A DNA stretch of 59,056 nucleotides, counting the filler, from Sphacelaria rigidula (lineage: Eukaryota): assembly GCA_964200075.2 (NCBI GenBank). It is 10 parts of 10 records of this genome, joined end to end, with 100 filler letters (N's around TTAATTAATTAA, not from the genome) between each part and the next. Parts side by side here need not be neighbours in the genome. Positions count along the whole stretch, not along the records: positions 47,327 to 53,141 come from CAXNAA020024246.1; positions 53,242 to 59,056 come from CAXNAA020024247.1; 8 more parts are not named here. One strand, 5' to 3'. Both the position numbers and the translations under genes were made by a program. Below the pieces are notes generated by a model. It was not told where the DNA came from. It saw only the letters and a list, made by a program, of their open reading frames with translations, and searched no databases. This document shows positions 49,776 to 59,056 of this stretch, piece after piece (the stretch's first letter is position 1; every line of letters begins with the position of its first letter).

Positions 49776-52761
49776 CCGTTAGACCGCGAGATTAGTCTTG
49801 CTGGATCATGCATACTTTGTTTCACTTGAAAATTGATGCCGATTCAACAGAAGACTAACCTCGCGGTCTAATGGTCAACTTTGATATCACACGTGTTCGG
49901 TTTTTGAGTTTTCCTTCGCCTCCAAGCATTAAATTTGTGGATTTTATTATTGTGTGTTGGTTCTTTTTAGTTTATTATCTGATCATCCCCGCTTCCGGTA
50001 TTACTGTACAGACTGTGGAAATTCAAATTTCAAATGTTCAAATATTGAATATTTAAACGCCACCTTTAAATAGCTCAGCGTTTCACATCATGGAGCATTA
50101 GTATTAGTCCAAACGCGCTGAAGACTTTCGCAAACGCGCGGCCGGTATAGCACGCACCTGTAGCACTGAAGAGTGAGCCGTGTCTATCGTAGCGATGCAA
50201 GTTTCCCTGGCACGATTCTCCACGATAGCACAGATCTTGAACGAAGCATTGTTGCTGCTGGTGCGCCTGGAAGCACCAGCTGCGGCATGTTCAGTGCCGT
50301 CGTCTGGTGATAATCTCTTTCGCGATTTTCTAGCTGGCAACGAGCCGACAAATCGACGCTCAGGGTTCATATCGTGAGCGAAACTATTGTGTGGATCGAG
50401 ACACGGTCTGCATCGCACAAGAGAACGCGTGCAAGGCTAGAGAAACTTCGCCGCCGTACCCTCACAGGTGCAGAGAAGGGTCCTCGTGTGCCTTCCCTGT
50501 TTATGTAATTTATATGATCAAGAGTAAATTGGAAAAAAAAAAAACGCACACCGACACTATGATTTCATAGAGTATGACTCCTCGAAAGGTATATTAGAGT
50601 ACAACATTTAGTGCATTAGAACACGACATTATTTTGTTCACGGAAGTGGGAGAGCTTCGCGCGAACAGTTCATTTCTGCATCTCACTCATCATCGGGCTG
50701 CCCCACGTGAGCTTACCGCCTCACCATCCATCCTTGACAAGCACAGGGTGGGAATCAACGCCAACGTGAAGACTATCACCTACAGTTTCCTGTGGCTTCT
50801 TTGCCGGTCAAACTCCAGGCAACGTAAAGAACAAGAGCGGAAATACCAAAGACGGTGGCAACTACAACTTCGCGCGAAACGCTCCGCTTTGTTTGATATT
50901 ACCTCTAGTACTGACTGTTGTACCGGTCTGACTGTTGTACTGCAACAACAGTACAACAGTACATTAGCCACAACACCGTCGCAAGGTAATGGAGCGTACC
51001 GCTGCAGCAAAAGCTCAGGGTGGCAGCGGTGAAATGTCGAGGAGAAACGAGGGTGCGACGACGGCAGCGGCGGCAGCGGTTTCATCCTCCCGACCACCGT
51101 GCCGATTTTTCCTGCTTGTGAGTTTCGAGGATTGATTTTCGAGAGGTTTCGTTTTGCGTTCATGTACCCCTACGAGTAGATGGTAGTACGATATTTTCCA
51201 TTATATGTTGTTGCCGTTCTGTGAATTGGGGCAGCCGCTCTCGTGACTGACAGCTGATGTCGGACAGTACTTTTGTCGTTCAATCGTAAAGTCGTGCCCA
51301 CGCCGTCCATTCTGCCTGACGGAATGATGTGTAGCTGGATAACCCTTTTCAAAGCTGCTATATGAAGAGAGTCGATGAGAACGTGAAAAAAGAGACCCCG
51401 TGTTTGCGCGTGGCTCACGCAAAGAATAAAAATGAGGCACGAGTATTTGAAGGAAGTCCCGATATTGTTCTTGTAATATTCTTGTCGAATCGCGATGAAA
51501 AGTCATACGAGCCGTATTGGGGTTGTCCGTCGTACCATGCAGAGGGGTCGACCTCTGAGATTACCCTTTGGATTTCCATTTGTTCATCCCCAATACGAGC
51601 TCTTGCTCCAACTCATACCAGGGCTACGGCACTATGTTCCGTTGTCGTGGTCGAGATCGTACTTGCGATGCTGCGCCGTCTACACTGCACTGTGCTGTAC
51701 TGAACTGTTATACTATTACATAGCACTCAACATGATGCCAACGGTTTGACTTTTTCGCATGGTGGTGAGGCCGCGGCTCAACGGGACGAAATTGTTGTAT
51801 TCACGGGTGATCGGTAGATTCCATTACGGTTACAGTACAGCCCACAGCGATCAGTGTTGAGTTCACTCGGCTACCCCACGTTCATCCAGCTCTACAAGAT
51901 CTGGACAAGAAAGAGATGTCTCAACCGCGACGAAAGTGCACAACAGAGTCTCCATCGAACACGCAGACACCTCCAGCAGAAGCACACCGTTAGATCGAGG
52001 TGACGCTAGGTCATTCATGGAGCAGGTACACAGGTGTGATGTTGTACTGTACGGGAATCTGGTCAGTCTTGGACGAGGGGCGGCCGCGTGCGGGCCAAAA
52101 GCGTTGCCGAGAATACAAGTTGGCGGTTTGTGTGTGTTTTATGCTGGACGCATCTGACATGGATCGCGTTGTCTCCCTAAATTTGAAACATGGATTCGAT
52201 ACCAACCGAGAACGTCCTACTTCGCCCGTCAATGGCTGTAGCTTGAGTTTTGCCCTATAAATATTGAGGCAACGGAGGGTCTCCCAAAGCTGAGCTGTCG
52301 TTGTGCCTTAGGTAAATCTGTATCACATGTGTGCAGGCGACACCCCTGGTGGCTACTTTTATATCCCGTTGCCTCGGAGCAATGTGCAGAACAACAGCAC
52401 AATAGTCCATGGCGATTTTGACGAGTCCGAAGACGTTTCTTGACTTCACGAAGAGTAGTATTTTTTCGCGCTCAAAGGTTTGCCCGCGATTCTCCCAGTA
52501 TCGGGTAGGGTTAGGGTTCGGCATGGCTAGAGGAGAGGTGACCTGGAGGGCTTAGTATCAATAATAGTGTTCATCTTTCACAGACAGCGAAAAATCGCGG
52601 AGAAAAAAAATCAAGATCAAATCTGGTGGATATACGAGTACGATCATTTATGTTCTTCGTTGACCCTTAGACCGCGAGGTTAGTCTTCTGTTGAATCGGC
52701 ATCAATTTCAAGTGAAAAAAAGTATGCATGATCCAGAAAGAGTAATCTCGCTGTCTGAGGG
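49776..52761 (+). mobile_element. Candidate decayed piggyBac-like DNA transposon (2986 bp) with TIRs of about 100 bp
   Basis: 49776-49874 and 52664-52761 are inverted copies; TTAA on both outer sides; possible Cys-rich C-terminal remnant near 52024-52145. Confidence 0.55.
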
Positions 52762-53241
52762 TTAATATTAGCTTCTGTTCCAAAATATCAAATATCCACT
52801 GTCGAAAGGGTCCGAAACGAAAAAAAATAGGAGCAATTTCCAGCGAAAACGCGGCGCGAAAAGGCAAAACATTAAGGGAGGGGAAGTTTTTGTCCGCCTC
52901 TGCCCTCAAATGTCATGAGCACGTTGTTTTGTGCCAAACTCGAAGGCTAACTCTAGCCCCCACTCGCAGAACGTCGAGAACTCTCAGCCTAGAGAGTTGC
53001 GTCGAAGTGCATTAGGCAAAGTGTTCGGTGGCAAATATCAACAATGCTCCGGCGGCGCCGAGTTGAGAACCAATCACGTTTAGGACAAATCATCATGACT
53101 CAAAATCACCAAATTCACGATCTCTTCGGCATGACTGCCCANNNNNNNNNNNNNNNNNNNNNNNNNNNNNNNNNNNNNNNNNNNNTTAATTAATTAANNN
53201 NNNNNNNNNNNNNNNNNNNNNNNNNNNNNNNNNNNNNNNNN

Positions 53242-53377
53242 ATATTCCAGCTTTGGTACGATCACGTTCATCAGGATACATCTCTTAACCCTAGCGTTTA
53301 GGCGCGGGTCTCTGAGAATCACGCCCAACCTCCCTATCTGTGCCTTACCCTTTTCTATTACTTTTTTTTATGTGTGC
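53242..53377 (-). mobile_element. LINE ORF2 fragment (5'-truncated end)
   Basis: KVIEKGKAQIGRLGVILRDPRLNARVKRCILMNVIVPKLEY, homologous to 19183-19320. Confidence 0.88.
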
Positions 53378-53766
53378 TGTTTCCGGGGGGGGGGGTATTG
53401 TAGAAAGTGTCGGTTGGGTTTAGGGTTAGGGTTAGTGTTGGGGTTAGAGTCAGGGGCGTAGTCCCTACAGGGACTGGCTCGACTGGGTTCGAAAATCGTT
53501 GATCCTGAGGTGTTTCGAACTGTGACGCGGTCCTCTAAGCCCGCGGTCCCCTCACGCATTACACCATACACCAACGAGTGCCCAAAATCTCGAGAGACCG
53601 GTCAAGGTACTACGGAGTGGATCACGTCCACCTTGTCGACTCTGCTCGGCCAGAGGTCACCCAGTGATGATGTCGTGGGAAGCAGCGTATCAAACGTTCC
53701 AGACAGTGCTTCTGTGTCGCCCGGTTGTCGGGTGTTCCGTTTGCGTGTGTTTTTCTGTTCTGTCAG

Positions 53767-53927
53767 GTGTTATCTGCGTCGCCAGGTCCGGAGATAGACT
53801 GGCCGTGCTCCCTCGCGAACATGGACACGATCTTGAAGTCTGACGAGGCTAGGGCGTCCCCCTGTGGCCTTGTAATCACAGGCTTCATCGCATCCACCAA
53901 GAAGGGTGTTGCCACAACTCTGCGCAG
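53767..53927 (+). CDS. thrA: Aspartate kinase (bifunctional AK-HSDH type) exon
   Basis: LVITGFIASTKKGVATTLR; ctgtcag acceptor, GTACGG donor. Confidence 0.9.
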
Positions 53928-54389
53928 GTACGGAGTAAGGTCGCGTGTGGATTTTTGCCGTCAACTTTTGTTTAATGTAGTGACCCGGAATAACTGGTAC
54001 AATAGTACTGTGACCACGGAAGGCGTCCGCATCAGATGCCTTGAACGAATGTACCGCGCAGATATCGGGACGGTTTTTAATGTGAAGACAACAACAACAA
54101 CAACGATAGTCGGGGGCGTCGTTTTGTTGACTTGCGAGGCTATCATGTCACAAATCGTGCAAGCGCGAGGTCTTCTGAAGCCAGTGTATCCGTGTTGTAT
54201 GCGAGCACTCCTAATTTTGGCCCATGAACGTGAGTGTGTCTTGTCATGACGTGGAAAGCTTGGCCGGTACCAAACGATGAACGTTGACAAGTGCCGGTAC
54301 AGTAACTCCGGCAAGTTGTGTGGTGATTCAGTATTTTGTGAACGTATATGTATTGTCTGTTTTCACCGATGTATGGTTTTCTCCACCAG

Positions 54390-54522
54390 AGATGGTAGCG
54401 ATTACTCGGCCAGCATATTCGGGAAGCTGCTGGGCGCAGAGGCAGTTAATATTTGGACCGACGTAGACGGCGTCCTCAGCGCCGATCCAAGGAAAGTTCC
54501 CGAGGCCAAGGTTCTGTCGGAG
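54390..54522 (+). CDS. thrA: Aspartate kinase exon
   Basis: RDGSDYSASIFG..IWTDVDGVLSADPRKVPEA aspartokinase signatures; phases consistent. Confidence 0.95.
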
Positions 54523-54948
54523 GTGCGTATTTTCTGTCAGAGCGGCTGGTGCAGTAATGCATGAAGGTGCGATGGCCAAAGCTCATAACGAATACGTGAA
54601 GGTGGAGTAGATATACTCAGCATCAACAGTGTGGCTCTGCTCCCCTTTCTCGGGTGCAAGCAAAGCAGTTCGCGGTGTTGCGACCCACACCTCCGTCGAC
54701 CACACCTTACTCCGAGAATGGCCCAACCGCTGCCCGAGATTTGTGGGCCAATACATGCACGAATATGCAGCAATATGCTTGACGACTGGACTTCGCGGAA
54801 ACAAGCTTCAACTCACCAGTCCTCTTGAGAGAATGTGCTGCTTCCCCTCTGGGCTCTTATGGACGTACTCGAAGCATCTTGTTGGCGTGGCGATCCCTGA
54901 CCCGCGCATGCTGAGTGCATCAACGCGTGATCTGTTCGAAACCGGCAG

Positions 54949-55125
54949 GTGTCTTTCAACGAAGCCATGGAGCTAGCGTTCTTCGGGGCAAAGGTCATAC
55001 ACCCCAAGACCATGCAGCCCGCCGTATCTGCAGGAATTCCTCTCTTCATTAAGAACACCTTCAACCCTGATTTTCCGGGGACGAGGATATTTACGTCAAG
55101 CACTGCCACGAAGGACAGGAGAACG
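54949..55125 (+). CDS. thrA: Aspartate kinase exon
   Basis: SFNEAMELAFFGAKVIHPKTMQP..IKNTFNPDFPGTRI; GTGAGA donor. Confidence 0.95.
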
Positions 55126-55323
55126 GTGAGATGTCGACCGTGTACGCTCACAATATACCGCCTCGCCTAGTCTTGGAGTATTAGTATTCCCATTCAATCA
55201 TAGAACGCTCAACGGATGTTGCTGCTGTCGAGTATATGGCCGTTGTCGCACAAGATGAAATAGAGATCGATTTGTATCGTCACCCGTCATTTCCCGCACT
55301 GCTGCACCCTCGCCCCCCGCTAG

Positions 55324-55464
55324 TGCGTCTGCGGGTTCAGCACGATGGACAACATCGCGTTGCTGAATTTGGAGGGCATGGGCATGGCGGGCACCCCGGG
55401 GGTTGCCGCGAGGGTGTTTGGCGCCCTGTACCGCGTCGGGATATCGGTGATTCTCATCTCGAAG
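55324..55464 (+). CDS. thrA: Aspartate kinase ACT-domain exon
   Basis: GFSTMDNIALLNLEGMGMAGTPGVAARVFGAL..ISVILISK; ccgctag acceptor. Confidence 0.92.
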
Positions 55465-56233
55465 GTGGGCGTCAAAACGGTCGTGGTGACGTACGCAGTT
55501 TGTTTCTTTTTGCCCGAGAAGGCGTGTCTATTTTGCTGTGGAGATACTCAAGTGTCGTGTTGGAACAAGAGGCGCGTTCACCGCATACAGAGGTACATAA
55601 TTTAGGCTCTGAAAATTGTCGCGTGTGTACTCTTGTAGAAAAAAGGAGGCACGTCCGCTGATGAAACGGAAGGTGTCGCTCGAAGAGATCTCGACTGTCG
55701 GGGCTTCGGATGTACGAGTAGCGTCGCTGGATGCACATACGGAGCATGATTATTCGAAAGGATGGGTGACACAATCTCCTTTGGGTTGATTTTTTCGCAA
55801 AATCGACCCAGGGTTGCTTAGATTAGAAGCCAACTACGTGTACTTGATAAGCACGCGGAAGCAACCCTCTCCTGGGCGCTTGTGTGTGGTTAGTCTTGTA
55901 CAAGGTGTGCCATCACAACGTGGACTGAATTATGATATTCCTGCGAGCTTCAGCAGTGCCGAGCGCCGCAGAGTGTTGAGGTCGTAGGGATGCATAGCGT
56001 GGTGTGACACGCAGGGTTTGAAAGCCCATGCTATGAGTATGTCCTGTGCGGATTACCTGAGCCCATTTGTGCTACTCAGGAGTGAGCTCCATTCAGCCAT
56101 GCAGGCGGATACAGCGAATCAGCCAGCCAGATAATCACTGCCATACTTCTTTCACCCCACTGTTTTTGCCAACATGAGAAATGTGGTTTGGGGGGGGGGC
56201 GCGTTATTTTCTGAAAAATATAACCTCAAACAG

Positions 56234-56358
56234 GCGTCATCGGAGCACAGCATATCGGTGGCGATCGACGCTGCTGGTGCAGCGGCGGCAAAAAAAGTGA
56301 CATCCGAAGCCTTCGCGATTGAGATCGGACTGGGAACTGTTGCTATTGACGTCATCAG
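56234..56358 (+). CDS. thrA: Aspartate kinase ACT-domain exon (last visible; the HSDH part is not in this contig)
   Basis: ASSEHSISVAID..EAFAIEI; aaacag acceptor, GTACTT donor. Confidence 0.88.
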
Positions 56359-57583
56359 GTACTTGGAATGTTGCAGCGATGTTGTATGCCTCCACTAAAT
56401 AAATTGAAAAAAATGCGGAATGTGCACATGTGAAGAGAGCACGGTTCGGACAAGCATCGCCGGTTCAAATCACCGAACCCACGATTTTTCAGGCCTGATT
56501 GCTCGAAAGAGAGAAAAAAAAGTCGACCGATGATCTAAAGGTTCCCACGCAACTTTTGCGCCATTTCGCGTGCCTGGTCAGCTGCGCGTACCTGGGTTGC
56601 AACGCTGAAAACAAAGCCCAAGGATTGATTCGTGCTGTACGAATCAATCACACTAAAATCAAGTAATTTCCACACGAATAATTCATTCGTCCGACCCGTG
56701 GAAGAGAGTCTTTGACCAAGAGAGTGACTCTCCGCGGTGCCTCCAAATCATCCTGGCCAAAGGGTTACCAAGTTTGCGATAACGTTCTAGGATTTGGGTT
56801 TTCGTGTGCCCGAACGTTTATATCACCACTGCACTGAACGGAGTTCCACGGGCCGAAAATTCTCATACTAACGTTTGACTCCAACCCAAACTGTTGCTTG
56901 GTTTTCTCTAGCACCGGGTGGTTGTCTTTTCATATTCCCCGTCGCGCTCGTCGCCATCTTGCCGGAGTCGCACGTTTTGCGGTGTTCCAGTCTGTGCTTC
57001 GCCGTAACACCGAGGTGCTTTGTCGCCCCATTTTCTGTCGTCTCACACGATGTCCCATCGTACGTTTTGGGGGCAATGGCCTAGAAAAGGTATACCTTCT
57101 CGTATCTTGCCCAAGAAAAGGCACGAAAAATGACCACAAACGCGAACACAGCAAAACACAAAATCTACACCGATTTCGCTCCGAATTTTTTACGCACAGC
57201 AATCGGGGGGCTCCTCGGCAGCCGGGTCTCGAACAAAACAAATCCAGAAAAAACATGTTACTCGCAAGAAATGGTCATGCGCAGAAGGACGCCTTGCCTC
57301 CAGAAATCACTTACCCTTTCTAGGCCACATTTCGGCTAGGTTTACCTGATCTAGGAATTATTTTTCAATCGTACCTTATTTGGGTCACCAGTCGGCCCAG
57401 AAAGTACTCGTCCTGGGCCATCGCTTCCCACACTGTACCTGAGGCGGCACACTGCGCTCAAGGGAATCTACGCGCCAACTCCAAGCATGGCGTCCACATG
57501 TATTCGACTCTTTTCCTGCCCATTTGCCGTTCACGAACACCACAGCGATCACATGTGACTAACCCTAACGCCACAACTATCAA

Positions 57584-57811
57584 CCCTTCTGAAAATGGAC
57601 TCCCCACGACGCTACATGTTTGTGGCACTTTTCCCCACTTTCCCCCGACAATAATCGTGTCTTAGTGGCGGGTGTCAATGAGCTTCGTTCTCAAGTCAAA
57701 ATGATGCCATTTCACACCTTTTTGTGAAATGGCATCATTTTGACTTGAGAACAAAGCTCATTGACACCTGCCATCAACATAAGATTGTGGGGGGAAAGTG
57801 TTCCAGAAGGG
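57584..57811. mobile_element. piggyBac-type foldback MITE
   Basis: TCAA-CCCTTCTG...CAGAAGGG-TTAA; near-perfect hairpin centred at about 57720. Confidence 0.75.
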
Positions 57812-57815
57812 TTAA

Positions 57816-58001
57816 CCCTTTCACCGCGAGGGTAGGTCACCTGCTGAATCGGCATCACTATTCACTGAAAAAAGTATGCATGATCCGGATGGACTACCCG
57901 CCCCGCCGGTTCAGTGCGGGTAGTCCATCTGGACCGTGCATACTTTTTTCAGTGAAGAATAGTATGCATGATCCAGAAAATCTAGTCTCGCGGTCTAAGG
58001 G
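57816..58001. mobile_element. piggyBac-type MITE related to the TIRs of 49776-52761
   Basis: TTAA-CCCTTTCACCGCGAG...CTCGCGGTCTAAGGG-TTAA; internal palindrome at 57861-57957. Confidence 0.8.
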
Positions 58002-59056
58002 TTAATACGGAAAATGACACCAGCCTCAGATCGCAACGACACGATGATACGTAACCATCCGCAAGCGCAAAAGACCGAAGCGTTGTGAGTTGTGAGTCCA
58101 GTTCTTGTGTCGATGCGGAGAGATTCAGTAACCGTTTCCGGGGAGAAAAGCATGTGGTCGTGGTGGCGTTCGTGAACGGCAAATGGGCGGGAAAAGAGTC
58201 GAATATATGTGGACGCCATGCCTGGAGTTGGCGCGTAGGTTCCCTTGCGCGCAGTGTGCCGCCTCAGGTACAGTGTGGGAAGCGATGGCCCAGGACAAGT
58301 ACTTTCCAGGCCGGCTGGTGGCCCAGATAAGGTACGATTGAAAGATAATTCCTATAATAGATCAGGTATACCTGGCCGAAATTTGGCCTAGAAGTGGAAC
58401 TGGTTTCTGAAGGCGAGACGTCCTTCTGCGTATGGCCATATATATCGCGAGTAGTATCTTTTTTGTTTCTTTTTTTTTTTGTTCGAAACCCGGCTGCCGA
58501 GGAGCCCCCCGATTGCTGTGCGTAAAAAAAATTGGATCGAAATCGGTGTAGATTGTGTGTTTTGCTGTGTTCGCGTTTGTGGTCATTTTTCGTGCCTTTT
58601 CTTAGGCAAAATACGAGAAGGCACACCTTTTCTAGCCCATTGTGCTATTTTTTGTCACACTTTTGAGCCTTCCCATGCCTTCCTCAGGACCAGTCCGTGG
58701 TCTCAAGGGATAAACTCACCATCACCACCTCGGTACACGCCCTGAATCTTAATATCGCGGGTTGGGTCATGACCAACGCTCCCGTACCGCATCGGCTCTC
58801 GTCAAATTAGCTTCCTTGGCTACTCTACGAGCTGGGCCAGCCTAGAGGCGGGTTTGAAGTTTGCAGGCCCATGCTCCCGCCAACATTTAGAGTTGGACCC
58901 TGAAATTTGGTATTATTTTTTCATGAGTTGAAGGCATTTTACTGATACCTGAAAACTGATTATTGCTCTCAACCCTTTTGGGACCGGACCCTCACTAACA
59001 CAGGGCTGACCCTGTGTTAAGGAAATAGTAAAAAATAAGTCCTTGAGCGACCTACC

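Larger units (their letters stand above)
57074..58642. mobile_element. Large foldback element with inverted arms of about 480 bp
   Basis: 57074-57555 is the reverse complement of 58151-58642; the ORF track shows mirrored peptides (MTTNANTAKH..). Confidence 0.9.

Noticed and set aside
47968..53254. The LINE in contig 9 ends at ATATTCCAGCTTT and contig 10 begins with the same 13 nt, as if split by a 5-kb insertion
   Set aside because: The two pieces lie on different contigs separated by an artificial linker and belong to a high-copy family; treated as coincidence

Overview
Eukaryotic, repeat-rich DNA, most likely from a brown alga (Phaeophyceae). That assignment is inferred from the retroelement families, the GT-AG introns packed with transposable elements (TEs) and a stramenopile-type EGF protein. 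The window is not one locus. It is ten unrelated contigs of 5816/5815 bp joined by nine artificial 100-nt N-TTAATTAATTAA-N linkers, so adjacency across a linker carries no information. Host genes, all partial: aspartate kinase/homoserine dehydrogenase-type gene (5 exons, +, 53767-56358), VPS50/syndetin-like gene (5 exons, -, about 35955-40351), EGF/tenascin mastigoneme-like gene (4 exons, -, 44323-46673) and one large low-complexity exon (-, about 3277-4314). The rest is largely TE: a decayed Copia, two decayed Gypsy copies, LINE fragments, SINE-like elements, foldback MITEs and a candidate 3-kb piggyBac-like element. The most interesting signal is a LINE plus SINE pair. They share a 3' hairpin and the terminus ATGAGTAC(R), have no poly(A) tail, and sit repeatedly in poly(C) tracts. 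Two copies show target-site duplications (TSDs) made of the C-run plus 6-8 downstream bases, which suggests a poly(C)/poly(G)-targeting retrotransposon system. No database searches were run; family calls rest on motif recognition.
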